A DNA stretch of 64,000 bases from Cyanobacteriota bacterium (lineage in GTDB: Bacteria > Cyanobacteriota > Cyanobacteriia > PCC-6307 > Cyanobiaceae), in NCBI GenBank assembly GCA_046052125.1, contig JBJOMY010000004.1, positions 64,001-128,000 of the forward strand, in the 5' to 3' direction. Both the position numbers and the translations under genes were made by a program. Of this stretch, positions 53,967-64,000 are shown in pieces. The first letter of the stretch is position 1. Every line of letters begins with the position of its first letter. Below the pieces are notes generated by a model that was not told the DNA's origin, ran no database searches, and was given only the letters and a program-made list of their open reading frames with translations.

Positions 53967-54332
53967 TCAGGCCAGGGCTTTGCCGCCCACGCTGATGGAC
54001 TTCACCATCACGCGGGTCAGCTCCTGACGGTGACCGTTCTTACGGCGGGTCTTCTTCTTGGGGCGCATCTTGTAGACGATCACCTTGGGGCCGCGGCGAT
54101 GCTCCATCACCTGCAGTTCCACGGTGGCGCCCTTCACGTAGGGCTGACCCACGTTGGCGGCCTTGCCGTCGTTCACCAGGAGCACGTTCTCCAGGGTGAG
54201 GGTGCTTTCGACGTCAGCGTTGATGCGGTTGAGGTCGTAGTAGCGGTTGGGCTGAACCCACACCTGGGTGCCTGAGGTCTCAACGATCGCGTAAGGAGCG
54301 GCGTCGGAACCGTTGCTGGAGGTCGTACTCAT
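53967..54332 (-). CDS. rplU: 50S ribosomal protein L21
   Basis: [24 protein letters not shown]. Confidence 0.98.
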   Translation of the reverse strand: MSTTSSNGSDAAPYAIVETSGTQVWVQPNRYYDLNRINADVESTLTLENVLLVNDGKAANVGQPYVKGATVELQVMEHRRGPKVIVYKMRPKKKTRRKNGHRQELTRVMVKSISVGGKALA

Positions 54333-54500
54333 GGCGTGTAGGGCGTGGACAGGCTGACGGTGGGAGCCCCTGGGGTGACCCCTGGAGATCGTTCGTCATT
54401 TCGGCCTGCCGCACGGCAATCGAAAGACAAACAATGATCTTCCCCTTTTGCCCTCCGAACCGTCAACACTGTGGGCGTTGCCAGGCCCCGATCGCGGCGG

Positions 54501-55379
54501 ATGTCACAGCCGGCCCTCACGATTGCCTCGCTGTTGCCGGATCCGCGCGTGGAGCGGGCGTGCCGCACCTGGCTCAAGGGTGGCCGCTACCGGCTTGAGG
54601 ATCTCGGCTCGTTGCCCGACCCGATCCGCGAACTGCAGGAGCGGCGTGAACTCTTTGATGTGGTGCTGTTGCAGCAGGGGGTGCAACCTCCAGATGTGTT
54701 TGAGGGGCTGCGTCAGCAGGGGCTGCTGCTCCCCGCCGTGGTGATCGGTGAAGTGAGCGGCCGCGTCGAGTATCACGACGCGGAGGTGCACCTGCCTCAG
54801 GATCAGCTCGAGCAGATCGCCTACAGCGTTGATGCGGCCGTATCGCGCTTTCTGCGGCGCGGGCTGCCGGCTCCCGTCGGTGGCCAGGCTGATGGCGCGG
54901 CCACGGCGGAGACGCCGGAAGGCTGGCGCTTGCCTAATCGCCTCAAGGGCCGCCTTGGCTATCTGGGCGTTTTCTACAAGCGCGATCCCTCGCTGTTTCT
55001 GCGCAACCTGCCCCAGGAGGAGCGTGAGGAGCTGCTGCGCTCCCTTCAGCGCAGTTACCGCGATGTGCTGATCAGCTACTTCCGGGATCCGGCGGCGGCC
55101 AACCAGGCGATCGAAAGCTTCGTGCATTCCGCCTTCTTCGCAGATCTGCCGATCAACAAGGTGGTGGAAATTCACGTCGATCTGATTGACGCCTTCTGGA
55201 AGCAGCTCAAGCTGGAGGGGCACAAGAACGACTTCCTCCAGGACTACCGCCTCGCCTTGCTCGATGTGATGGCCCATCTCTGTGAGATGTACCGCCGTTC
55301 GGTCCCGCCCGATTTGCCTCTTGGGGGTGCCGAACTATCAGCCGACGTCAGCCAGTCCCAATCCCAGGAGGTGATTTAG
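54501..55379 (+). CDS. kaiA: Circadian clock protein KaiA (full length)
   Basis: RLGYLGVFYKRDP, DYRLALLDVMAHLCEMYRRS. Confidence 0.97.
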   Translation: MSQPALTIASLLPDPRVERACRTWLKGGRYRLEDLGSLPDPIRELQERRELFDVVLLQQGVQPPDVFEGLRQQGLLLPAVVIGEVSGRVEYHDAEVHLPQDQLEQIAYSVDAAVSRFLRRGLPAPVGGQADGAATAETPEGWRLPNRLKGRLGYLGVFYKRDPSLFLRNLPQEEREELLRSLQRSYRDVLISYFRDPAAANQAIESFVHSAFFADLPINKVVEIHVDLIDAFWKQLKLEGHKNDFLQDYRLALLDVMAHLCEMYRRSVPPDLPLGGAELSADVSQSQSQEVI

Positions 55380-55727
55380 ATGAGCCCCCGCAAGACCTAC
55401 ATCCTCAAGCTGTATGTGGCAGGGAATACGCCCAACTCGATGCGGGCGTTGAAGACCCTGCGCAACATCCTCGATACCGAATTTCAAGGGGTCTATGCCC
55501 TGAAGGTGATCGATGTGCTGAAAAACCCGCAGTTGGCCGAGGAAGACAAGATTCTGGCCACCCCCACCTTGGCCAAGATCCTGCCGCCACCGGTGCGCCG
55601 GATCATCGGCGACCTCTCGGATCGCGAACGGGTCCTGATCGGTCTCGACCTCCTGTATGAGGAGCTCAGCGATGAAGGGTTGGCTGATCCTGTTGGAGAG
55701 GAGGAGGCCCCCGGCGGTTTGCTTTAG
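55380..55727 (+). CDS. kaiB: Circadian clock protein KaiB
   Basis: [23 protein letters not shown]. Confidence 0.99.
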   Translation: MSPRKTYILKLYVAGNTPNSMRALKTLRNILDTEFQGVYALKVIDVLKNPQLAEEDKILATPTLAKILPPPVRRIIGDLSDRERVLIGLDLLYEELSDEGLADPVGEEEAPGGLL

Positions 55728-55790
55728 CTCCCCTGATCGCCTGTGTTTTCAGTCAGATCCATCTAAATTCCCATCAGGCCCATTCGTTCC

Positions 55791-57326
55791 ATGCAGGACC
55801 CCACCGCCCCTAGCCATTCACTCTCCTCGGTGCAGAAGCTGCCCACCGGGATTGAGGGTTTCGATGACATCTGTCAGGGCGGTCTGCCGATCGGTCGCTC
55901 CACGCTGATCAGCGGCACCTCCGGCACGGGTAAGACCGTCTTCTCGCTGAACTTTCTCTACAACGGGATCCGGCAGTTTGATGAGCCGGGCATCTTCGTC
56001 ACCTTTGAGGAGTCGCCGCTCGATATCCTGCGTAACGCCGCCAGCTTCGGCTGGAACTTGCAGGAAATGGTGGAGCAGGACAAGTTGTTCCTGCTGGATG
56101 CCTCCCCTGATCCGGAAGGCCAGGATGTGGCGGGAAGTTTTGATCTCTCAGGCCTGATCGAGCGGATCAACTACGCGATCCGCAAATACAAGGCCCGCCG
56201 TGTGGCGATCGATTCGATCACGGCGGTGTTTCAGCAATACGACGCCGTTTCGGTGGTGCGGCGCGAGATCTTCCGCCTGATCGCCCGGCTCAAGGAAATC
56301 GGTGTGACCACGGTGATGACCACCGAGCGCATCGATGAGTATGGCCCCATCGCCCGCTACGGGGTGGAGGAGTTCGTGAGTGACAACGTGGTGATCCTGC
56401 GCAACGTGCTGGAGGGGGAGCGCAGGCGCCGCACGGTGGAGATCCTCAAGTTGCGCGGCACCACCCACATGAAAGGGGAATTCCCCTTCACGATGGGATC
56501 CCACGGCATCAGCATCTTCCCGCTGGGGGCGATGCGCCTCACCCAGCGCAGCTCGAATGTGCGCGTGAGCTCCGGTGTGCCGCGGCTTGACGAGATGTGC
56601 GGTGGCGGCTTCTTCAAGGATTCGATCATCCTGGCTACAGGCGCCACCGGCACTGGCAAGACGCTGCTGGTGAGCAAGTTTGTGGAGAACGCCTGCGCCA
56701 ACAAGGAGCGAGCGATCCTATTTGCCTATGAGGAATCGCGGGCCCAGCTGCTGCGGAATGCCACCAGCTGGGGCATCGATTTTGAGCAGATGGAGCGTGA
56801 TGGTCTGCTCAAGATCATCTGTGCCTATCCCGAATCCACGGGCCTTGAAGATCACCTGCAGATCATCAAAACGGAGATCGGTCAGTTCAAGCCTTCGCGC
56901 ATGGCGATCGATTCGCTCTCGGCCCTGGCCCGCGGCGTGAGTCATAACGCCTTCCGCCAGTTTGTGATCGGCGTGACCGGTTACGCCAAGCAGGAGGAGA
57001 TCGCCGGCTTCTTCACGAACACCTCCGAGGAGTTCATGGGCAGTCACTCAATCACCGATTCCCACATCTCCACGATCACCGACACGATCCTGCTGCTGCA
57101 ATACGTGGAGATCCGCGGTGAAATGGCCCGGGCTCTCAACGTGTTCAAGATGCGCGGTTCCTGGCACGACAAGGGCATCCGCGAATTCATGATCACCAGC
57201 AACGGCCCTGAGATCAAGGATTCCTTCTCCAACTTCGAGCGGATCATTAGCGGCGTTCCCCATCGGATCAACACCGATGAGCGCAGCGAACTCTCCCGAA
57301 TCGTTCAGGGTGTGAGCGGAGACTGA
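55791..57326 (+). CDS. kaiC: Circadian clock protein KaiC
   Basis: Two P-loops (GTSGTGKT, GATGTGKT); HISTITDT phosphorylation sites intact. Confidence 0.99.
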   Translation: MQDPTAPSHSLSSVQKLPTGIEGFDDICQGGLPIGRSTLISGTSGTGKTVFSLNFLYNGIRQFDEPGIFVTFEESPLDILRNAASFGWNLQEMVEQDKLFLLDASPDPEGQDVAGSFDLSGLIERINYAIRKYKARRVAIDSITAVFQQYDAVSVVRREIFRLIARLKEIGVTTVMTTERIDEYGPIARYGVEEFVSDNVVILRNVLEGERRRRTVEILKLRGTTHMKGEFPFTMGSHGISIFPLGAMRLTQRSSNVRVSSGVPRLDEMCGGGFFKDSIILATGATGTGKTLLVSKFVENACANKERAILFAYEESRAQLLRNATSWGIDFEQMERDGLLKIICAYPESTGLEDHLQIIKTEIGQFKPSRMAIDSLSALARGVSHNAFRQFVIGVTGYAKQEEIAGFFTNTSEEFMGSHSITDSHISTITDTILLLQYVEIRGEMARALNVFKMRGSWHDKGIREFMITSNGPEIKDSFSNFERIISGVPHRINTDERSELSRIVQGVSGD

Positions 57327-59314
57327 GCCTGGTCGGAGCGGCGGCGTTCGGCCTCGAGCCTGAGTTCGTCGTCGTCAGCTTCCTCGAGCGGTAGGTCGAA
57401 CCAGAAGGTGGTGCCGACCCCGAGTTCGCTGGCCATGCGCACGCTGGTGCCGTGCTTCTCGAGGATGCCGCGCACGATGGAGAGCCCCAGTCCCGTGCCC
57501 ACTTCGGTATGAACGGCGTTCTCAACCCGGTAGAAGCGCTCGAAGATGCGCTCCTGGTCTTCGCGGGAAATACCTGAGCCGGTATCGGCGATCTCCACCC
57601 GCAGCCGCGGCAGCGGAGCGGTGAGGGCACAGTTGGGGTTGTCGTCGTTGGCGGCGGTGCTGGGATCGATCAGGCAGGTGTCGGGCCAGGGGTAGGCGCG
57701 CAGCATCAGGCGGCCGCCGCTGGCGGTGAACTTGAGGGCATTGCCCACCAGGTTGTCGAAGATCTGCAGCAGCAGATCCCAGTTGCCGCGCACGCGGGGC
57801 AGTTGCTCATCTACCTCCAGGGAGAGTTCCACCCCCTTGTCCTGGGCATTGAGGCGGTAATTGCGCAGGGTCTGCTCCATGGCGGGCCGCAGCTCCACCG
57901 GCTCCATGCTCCAGGCCCGATCGCTCTCCAGCCGCGAGAGATCGAGCACATCGTTCACCAGGCGCGTGAGCCGATCGGTTTCGGCGTTGGCGATCGCCAG
58001 AAATTCTTTGCGGTCTTCTTCGCTCAGCTGATCACCGAGGTCGTGGAGGGTTTCCACGTAGCTCTTGATGTTGAACAACGGCGTCCGCAGCTCGTGGGAG
58101 ACGTTGCTGATGAAACGGCTCTGGGCAGCGTTGAGTTCCACCTCGCGGGTGAGGTCCTGCACGGTGACGGCGATGCCCTTGAGGCTCTCGCCGCTCACAT
58201 CCCGGACTGACTGCAGAACAATTCGAAGGGTGCGGGCTGGTTCGCCGAAACTGCAACGCACATCGGTGCTGTCGCGCTCACCGCTGAGCAGGCTGTCGAG
58301 CGGGGCCTGCAGTTCCACCGCCAGCACCTCGGGCAGCTCCTCGCCTACCAGGGCCCCTTCGAGCTTGCGGCCCTCCCAGCGGAACAGGCGCCGGGCCGTG
58401 GGATTCACGAGCACCAGGCGCCCCTCCGCATCCAGCAGGAGTGCCCCGTCCGCCATGGTGGCGATCAGCGACTGCTGCTTCACCTGAGCGGCGGTGAGCT
58501 CCTCGATGTTGGCTTCGTTGTAGGCCTCGAGCTGGGAGGCCATGTCGTTGAACCCCTCGAGCAGCTCCCCGAGCTCGCCGCCCACGGGCAAGGCAATCCG
58601 GGCCTCGAAATCACCGCTGGCGATCGAGCGCACCCCCCGCAACAGCTCTTTCACCGGCTGGGTGATCGTGAGGGCGTTGAACACGGCCCCCAGGATCACG
58701 AGCACCCAGATCGAGATGAACACCGCCACTGTCACCTCGCGGCTGAGGGCAGCGCTGGCCAGGGCGGCTTCGTTGGGGTTGATGCCCAGGGCCAGCACTC
58801 CGAGGTAGCGATCGCCCGATACCAGCGGCACGAACACATCGGTCACTTGCCCATCGGGGCTGAGGTGCTGGCGGATCAGGGGGTTCTGGGGGCGGCGGGC
58901 TAGATCGGCCGGCAGCTCGAGTCGGCGACTGAGCAGCAGTTCACTGCCGCCGCTGCTGCCGCTGATGGGGATCCCGAGATAGATCACCCCATCGGGATCG
59001 GCGAAAAAGATGTAGCGGAGGCTGCGGCTGGATTTCCAGAAGCGTTCCGCCACCGCCGCCAGTTCCCGGTCGTTGCCTTCGGCCACGAGTGGCGTCACGT
59101 TGGCCGAGAGCAGCAGGCCCAGATCGCGGGCAAAGCGGGTGTCGCTCATGCGCACATCCGCCTGAATGCCGTTGAGGGCAAAGAAGCAGATCGCCGCCAT
59201 CACCAGGCTCACCACCAGGGTGGCGGCCGCCAGCAATTTGGTTTGCAGGCTGAATTCCGCCCACCAGCGGGCCAGCCGCTGCCACCAGCTCAGCGGAGCG
59301 GTGCCCGCGTTCAT
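57305..59314 (-). CDS. nblS: Sensor histidine kinase NblS/Hik33
   Basis: Two TMs, HAMP, PAS, SNVSHELRTPLFNIKSY, RVENAVHTEVGTGLGL; position after kaiC. Confidence 0.93.
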   Translation of the reverse strand: MNAGTAPLSWWQRLARWWAEFSLQTKLLAAATLVVSLVMAAICFFALNGIQADVRMSDTRFARDLGLLLSANVTPLVAEGNDRELAAVAERFWKSSRSLRYIFFADPDGVIYLGIPISGSSGGSELLLSRRLELPADLARRPQNPLIRQHLSPDGQVTDVFVPLVSGDRYLGVLALGINPNEAALASAALSREVTVAVFISIWVLVILGAVFNALTITQPVKELLRGVRSIASGDFEARIALPVGGELGELLEGFNDMASQLEAYNEANIEELTAAQVKQQSLIATMADGALLLDAEGRLVLVNPTARRLFRWEGRKLEGALVGEELPEVLAVELQAPLDSLLSGERDSTDVRCSFGEPARTLRIVLQSVRDVSGESLKGIAVTVQDLTREVELNAAQSRFISNVSHELRTPLFNIKSYVETLHDLGDQLSEEDRKEFLAIANAETDRLTRLVNDVLDLSRLESDRAWSMEPVELRPAMEQTLRNYRLNAQDKGVELSLEVDEQLPRVRGNWDLLLQIFDNLVGNALKFTASGGRLMLRAYPWPDTCLIDPSTAANDDNPNCALTAPLPRLRVEIADTGSGISREDQERIFERFYRVENAVHTEVGTGLGLSIVRGILEKHGTSVRMASELGVGTTFWFDLPLEEADDDELRLEAERRRSDQAQSPLTP

Positions 59315-60612
59315 CGGCTGCGCACCTGGTGGCCAATGTCGCGCCGGTAGGTCATGCCTTCGAACTGCACCTGAGCCAGGCCGGTGTAAGCCCGCTCAAA
59401 CGCGTTGTCAAAACTGTCGGCCTGCGCCACCACCGCCAGCACCCGCCCGCCGCTGGTGATGCAGCGGCCATCGGCCTGGCGTTGGGTGCCCGCATGGAAC
59501 AGTTGCAGGTCTTCGCTGCTGCGCAGATCGCTGGTGATCGGATCGCCCTTGCGGATCTCGCCGGGGTAGCCCTGCGCGGCCGCGATCACGCAGGCGCTGC
59601 AGTGGGGCGCGATGCTCAGCGCCGGCGCCTGATCCAGTCGTCCTGTGGCGCAGGCCAGCAGCACCGCCGCCAGCTCCGGGCCGAGCAGGGGCATCAGCGT
59701 TTCGCACTCCGGATCACCGAAGCGGCAATTGAATTCGATCACGCTCGGCCCATCGCTGGTGAGCATCAAGCCGGCGTAAATCACGCCGCGGTAGCTGATC
59801 CCACGGGCCTGAAGGGCCGCCAGGGTGGGCTCGAGCACCAGCTCGCGCACATGCTCGAGCCCTGCGGCATCGAGCAGCGGGGCCGGGGCGTAGGCGCCCA
59901 TGCCGCCGGTGTTGGGGCCGGTGTCACCTTCGCCGATGCGCTTGTGGTCCTGAGCAGGAGGCAGCAGCACCATCCGCTCACCATCGGTGAGGGCGAACAC
60001 CGACACCTCGGGGCCATGGGTGCGCTCCTCCAGCACCAATGAAGCTTCAGCGCCGAAGCGGCCCGCAAAGATGTCCTCGATGGCGGCGCGAGCCTCCTCG
60101 ATCGTGTCGGCGACGGTGACGCCCTTGCCAGCGGCGAGGCCATCGGCCTTCACCACCAGGGGCTTCGCCTGCGCCTCCAGGGCTACGAGAGCCTGCTCCC
60201 GGCTGTTGGCCTGCCAGTAGCCGGCGGTGGGCACACCGGCCTCCACCATCAGGGCCTTGGCCCACTGCTTGCTTGCTTCGAGCTGGGCTCCATCGGCGCC
60301 TGGGCCGAACACCGGGAATCCGGCCGCCCGAAGGCGATCGCCCAGGCCGGCGGCCAGCGGCGCCTCTGGACCCACCACCACCAGATCCACGGCGTGCTCG
60401 CGGCAGGCGGCGAGCAGCCCGTCGTGGTCGCTTTCGGCAATGGCCAGCTGCTGGCAGCCCGCCAGATCCTGGGTGCCGCCATTGCCGGGGCTCACCCACA
60501 CCTGCTCCACGCCGTGGCTGCGGTTGAGGGCCCAGGCCAGGGCGTTCTCGCGGCCGCCGCCGCCCACCACGAGCACGCGGGCGGGGCTCACTCCAGGGGC
60601 AGCGGTGCTCAT
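59311..60612 (-). CDS. purD: Phosphoribosylamine--glycine ligase
   Basis: GGGGRENAL, VKADGLAAGKGV, QDHKR, NTGGMGAY, EFNCRFGDPE. Confidence 0.98.
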   Translation of the reverse strand: MSTAAPGVSPARVLVVGGGGRENALAWALNRSHGVEQVWVSPGNGGTQDLAGCQQLAIAESDHDGLLAACREHAVDLVVVGPEAPLAAGLGDRLRAAGFPVFGPGADGAQLEASKQWAKALMVEAGVPTAGYWQANSREQALVALEAQAKPLVVKADGLAAGKGVTVADTIEEARAAIEDIFAGRFGAEASLVLEERTHGPEVSVFALTDGERMVLLPPAQDHKRIGEGDTGPNTGGMGAYAPAPLLDAAGLEHVRELVLEPTLAALQARGISYRGVIYAGLMLTSDGPSVIEFNCRFGDPECETLMPLLGPELAAVLLACATGRLDQAPALSIAPHCSACVIAAAQGYPGEIRKGDPITSDLRSSEDLQLFHAGTQRQADGRCITSGGRVLAVVAQADSFDNAFERAYTGLAQVQFEGMTYRRDIGHQVRSR

Positions 60613-60679
60613 GAGGCAGCTTGAAACGGTGTCTGCTCCGGCGGACTCCCCTAGGTTGAGGCCAAGAGGACAGCCGCTG

Positions 60680-61780
60680 GTGCCTTCCCTTCTTTACACG
60701 CCGGTGGTTCTGCGTTCAGGCCTGTTGCTCGGGTTGATGGCCCTGCTCTTGGCCCCACCGGTTCGGGCCCAGGAGCTGTTCATCTTGAAGGTGATCGGCG
60801 GCTTCTTTGAACCCAAGGCGCCGGTGCCTGAACCCGGTCCGTCGGCGCCTGCCGTTCCCGGAAGCATGCCGGAAGCGCAGTTCCAGGAGCTGCTGGTGAA
60901 GGGGGATCTGCCAGCGCTCAACTTGGCCTGCGTAGAAGCCGATGGCTTCGGCTTCAACAAGCGCCTCCAGCTGTTGCAGGCCCGTCTGCTCGAGATGGCG
61001 CCAGCGCCCCAGCCGTTTCAGACCGTGCTGGTGAATGCCAATGCCCTGCTGAGCTGCCGGGCGCCGGATGGGGCCCTGGCGGTGCTCAACCGCTTCAGTC
61101 CCCGCGCCGGTGAGGAGCGCAACCAGTGGTTGGTGCAGCGCTGGCGTGCCGCCCAGGCCGGCCTGCATCACGGCCTGGCGGCGGAGACCCTCGAGGAGCT
61201 GGCTCAGGGCAATCCGGCCAGCCTGGAAACCCTCGCCCTGCCGCTGAAGCTGCGCGAGGACGGCACCGTGGCGACCCGCTCGGCTCTGGATGTTTACGTG
61301 GATCACCTGCTGGTGTTGGGCCGTCGCCGCGAGGCCGCGGCGGCTCTGCTGGCGGGCCAGATGCCCGGTCAGCCGATGGCGCAACGCTTGAAGCAGGCGG
61401 TGGCGCTGCTCAAGGAGCTGCCGCTGCAGGAGCGGGATCAGCTCCTCGAGCGCGCCCTCGATCAGGCCGCTGTCGCAGAGGCCTGGGGGCTCGCGATCGA
61501 GTTGCTGGATCAGCAGCGGGCGCTGCTCGAAGCGGAAGGGGTGGCTGCCAGCCGGCCGCGCGAGCGCCTCGAGCGGCTCAGCCAGCGGGTCGATGACGCC
61601 TACAGCTCCTGGCAGCTGGCACGGCAGGATTCTCAACAGAGCGAGCGGGCGGCGCAGCTGCAGCACCAGCTGCGCAGTCCACGCGCCGCCGGTGGCCACG
61701 CCGCCGTGCTGCTCGCCGCCCCGCCCAGCTCACTGCCCAGCTCCCCCTCCACCGCTTCACCCCGTCCTTCGCAGCCATGA
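60680..61780 (+). CDS. Hypothetical exported helical protein (start uncertain)
   Basis: Signal-peptide-like N-terminus; stop overlaps the purC ATG (ATGA). Confidence 0.75.
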   Translation: MPSLLYTPVVLRSGLLLGLMALLLAPPVRAQELFILKVIGGFFEPKAPVPEPGPSAPAVPGSMPEAQFQELLVKGDLPALNLACVEADGFGFNKRLQLLQARLLEMAPAPQPFQTVLVNANALLSCRAPDGALAVLNRFSPRAGEERNQWLVQRWRAAQAGLHHGLAAETLEELAQGNPASLETLALPLKLREDGTVATRSALDVYVDHLLVLGRRREAAAALLAGQMPGQPMAQRLKQAVALLKELPLQERDQLLERALDQAAVAEAWGLAIELLDQQRALLEAEGVAASRPRERLERLSQRVDDAYSSWQLARQDSQQSERAAQLQHQLRSPRAAGGHAAVLLAAPPSSLPSSPSTASPRPSQP

Positions 61781-62532
61781 CCGCCTACAGCCTTGGATCG
61801 CTGCTCTACGAAGGGAAGGCCAAGCGGGTGTTCGCCACCGATCAGCCGGATCTGGTGGCGGTGGAATACAAGGACGACGCCACGGCCTTCAATGCCCTCA
61901 AGAAGGCCCAGCTGGCCGGCAAGGGAGAGCTGAACTGCCAGATCTCCTCGCGCCTGTTCGAGCTGCTGGAGCGTGAGGGCATTCCCACTCACTACCTCTC
62001 ACTGCAGCAGCCCAACTGGATGCTGGTGCGCCCGGTGCAGATCGTGCCGGTGGAGGTGGTGGTGCGCAACACCGCCTTCGGCTCCCTCTGCAAGCAGATG
62101 CCGATCGAGCCCGGTACCCCTCTCGATCCGCCACTGCTCGATCTCTATTACAAGGACGACGCCTTCGGCGATCCGCTGCTCACCGATGCCCGCCTGGAGC
62201 GGCTGGGGCTGCTGATACCCGATCAGCGCCGCGAGCTCGAGCGGCTGGCCATGGCCGTGAACGACAGCCTGCTCCGCTTCTTCGCCGGTATCGGCCTGCA
62301 GCTGGTGGATTTCAAGATTGAGCTGGGCTTCAGCGCCGATGGTGCCCTGGTGGTGGCGGATGAGATCAGTCCCGATACCTGCCGCCTCTGGGATCAGCAG
62401 GTGAGCGATGCAAGCGACCGAATCCTCGACAAGGACCGTTTCCGCCAGGATCTCGGCGGCGTGGTGGAGGCCTACGGGGAGGTTCTCAAACGGGTCCAAG
62501 CGGCATGTCCCCCACCCCGTTCAGGCAAGTAA
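61777..62532 (+). CDS. purC: SAICAR synthetase
   Basis: [41 protein letters not shown]. Confidence 0.98.
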   Translation: MTAYSLGSLLYEGKAKRVFATDQPDLVAVEYKDDATAFNALKKAQLAGKGELNCQISSRLFELLEREGIPTHYLSLQQPNWMLVRPVQIVPVEVVVRNTAFGSLCKQMPIEPGTPLDPPLLDLYYKDDAFGDPLLTDARLERLGLLIPDQRRELERLAMAVNDSLLRFFAGIGLQLVDFKIELGFSADGALVVADEISPDTCRLWDQQVSDASDRILDKDRFRQDLGGVVEAYGEVLKRVQAACPPPRSGK

Positions 62533-62574
62533 GTTCGGCGGAATTTGCGGCATCGCCGCACCTTCGCTGTACCC

Positions 62575-64000
62575 ATGGCCGCCATCCGCAACGGTTTGAG
62601 CCGCGCTCTGCGCAATCGCGGCTCCCTTGGGCTGGCCTCCGTTCTGCCGCTGGCCGCTGGTGCGGTTCTGGTCTCGGCGCCTGCAGCTCTGGCTCAGGCT
62701 GAGGCCCCTGGCGGACCACCGGCGCAAAACCCGGCAGCCGCGCCGGGGTTGAGCCCTGAATCCCTCGCACCTGCGCCCAAGGCCGAGCCGAAGGTGCTGA
62801 TCAGCGAGGTGGTGGTGAAGGGCATCGAGGGCCATCCCGAGCAGGAACGGCTTGAGATCGCGGTCTACGACGCGATGGCCACCCGCCCGGGCACCCAGGT
62901 GACCCGCAGTGAGCTGCAGAACGATCTCTCGGCGATCTACGCCACCGGTTGGTTCTCCGATGTGCGCATCCAGCCGGCCGATGGCCCGCTCGGGGTGCAG
63001 CTGGTGGTGACTGTGGTGCCTAACCCCGTGCTCACCAAGGTGGAGCTCGAGGGCGTGGGGGCGAAGACCAAGATGCCTCCCAACCTGATCCCCGACACCT
63101 TCGCCGCTGATTACGGCAAAACCCTCAACCTGAACACCCTGCAGGCCCGCATCGCTGAGCTGCAGAAGTGGTACGCCGACCAGGGCTATTCCCTGGCTCG
63201 GGTGAGCGGCCCCACCCGGGTGAGTCCGGAAGGTGTGGCTCAGCTGCAGGTGCGGGAAGGCACCGTGGCGGGTGTGGAGGTGCAGTTCCTCAACAAGGAA
63301 GGCGAGAACACCAACGACAAGGGCCAGCCGATCCGCGGCAAGACCAAGCCCTGGGTGGTGACCCGCGAGGTGTCGATCAAGCCCGGCGACACCTTCAACC
63401 GCCGCCAGCTGGAAGACGACATCAAACGCCTGTACGGCACTGGCCTGTTCGGTGATGTGAAGGTGACCCTCCGGCCCGTGGCGGGGAACCCCGGTGAAGT
63501 AACGATCGTGCTCGGCATCGTTGAGCAGTCGAGCGGTTCACTCTCCGGTGGCTTGGGCTACAGCCAAGCCCAGGGCGTATTCGGCCAGGTGCAGCTGCAG
63601 GACAGCAACCTGCTGGGCCGTGCCTGGGATCTGGCGGTGAACTTCACCTATGGGCAATTCGGCGGCCTGGGTGATATCTCCTTCACCGATCCCTGGATCA
63701 AAGGCGATAAGTTCCGCACCGCTTTCCGGGCACGGGTGTTCTTCAGCCGGGAGGTTCCGCAGATCTTCCAGAGCCAGAACAACGGCACGATCAACACCGT
63801 GTCGGATGTGTCGAACGACTTCTTCAAGGCACCGGCGAGCGCCAACGCCTACAACATCCAAAGCAAGAACAACCCCACCGGCACGTCCTTCGGCTCGATT
63901 TCCAAGGCCGAGAAGGCTGATCCCAGCCTCAACTGGTTCAACCTCGATAACAACTCCATCGCCCTGCAGCGCATCGGTGCGAACGTTCAGTTCGTTCGCC
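62575..64000 (+). CDS. bamA: Omp85/BamA outer-membrane assembly factor (3' truncated; absent from the ORF track)
   Basis: Translated by eye from ATG 62575: MAAIRNG..., POTRA motifs DLSAIYATGWFSDV, WYADQGY, LYGTGLFGDV, then barrel start GSLSGGLGYS. Confidence 0.93.
   Translation, partial: MAAIRNGLSRALRNRGSLGLASVLPLAAGAVLVSAPAALAQAEAPGGPPAQNPAAAPGLSPESLAPAPKAEPKVLISEVVVKGIEGHPEQERLEIAVYDAMATRPGTQVTRSELQNDLSAIYATGWFSDVRIQPADGPLGVQLVVTVVPNPVLTKVELEGVGAKTKMPPNLIPDTFAADYGKTLNLNTLQARIAELQKWYADQGYSLARVSGPTRVSPEGVAQLQVREGTVAGVEVQFLNKEGENTNDKGQPIRGKTKPWVVTREVSIKPGDTFNRRQLEDDIKRLYGTGLFGDVKVTLRPVAGNPGEVTIVLGIVEQSSGSLSGGLGYSQAQGVFGQVQLQDSNLLGRAWDLAVNFTYGQFGGLGDISFTDPWIKGDKFRTAFRARVFFSREVPQIFQSQNNGTINTVSDVSNDFFKAPASANAYNIQSKNNPTGTSFGSISKAEKADPSLNWFNLDNNSIALQRIGANVQFVR

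Noticed and set aside
54501..57326. kaiABC as a novel or divergent clock
   Set aside because: Canonical full-length kaiA, kaiB and kaiC with intact phosphorylation sites in the usual rplU/nblS context
60227..60679. N-terminal extension of the 517-aa ORF
   Set aside because: Antisense to purD; signal-peptide-like sequence only begins after ~60680

Overview
High-GC (roughly 65-67% by eye) picocyanobacterial chromosome, most like Synechococcus subcluster 5.2 / Cyanobium / Vulcanococcus. It is mostly core genome: both ATP synthase operons, nadE/nadD, pepP, groES-groEL with a CIRCE element, secG-gpmI-pyrR-ftrV, rpoZ, murD, tRNA-Val(GAC), serA-prmA-petF-psbV-rnz, truB, rpmA-rplU, kaiABC, nblS, purD, purC and the start of bamA. 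The standout is an ~8.7 kb accessory block (15902-24582) between the PSRP-3/ycf65 and ATP synthase epsilon terminators. It holds a TerY-P-type triad (Ser/Thr kinase, vWA/TerY, PP2C) built out into an apparently envelope-linked phospho-signalling module: a membrane-anchored PP2C, a membrane FHA protein, a divergent FHA-fused class A penicillin-binding protein, and two flanking membrane proteins (one a probably inactive rhomboid) that share an unrecognised ~100-aa N-terminal domain. Other points of note: an Amt transporter with Glu in place of the first twin-His residue behind a consensus NtcA site, a HAD hydrolase that needs a non-canonical start codon, a strand-specific hairpin in the rplU leader, and a nested 76-bp hairpin after the gamma subunit gene. 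No CRISPR array, integrase or transposase was seen. All calls come from motif reading and recalled family knowledge; no searches were run.
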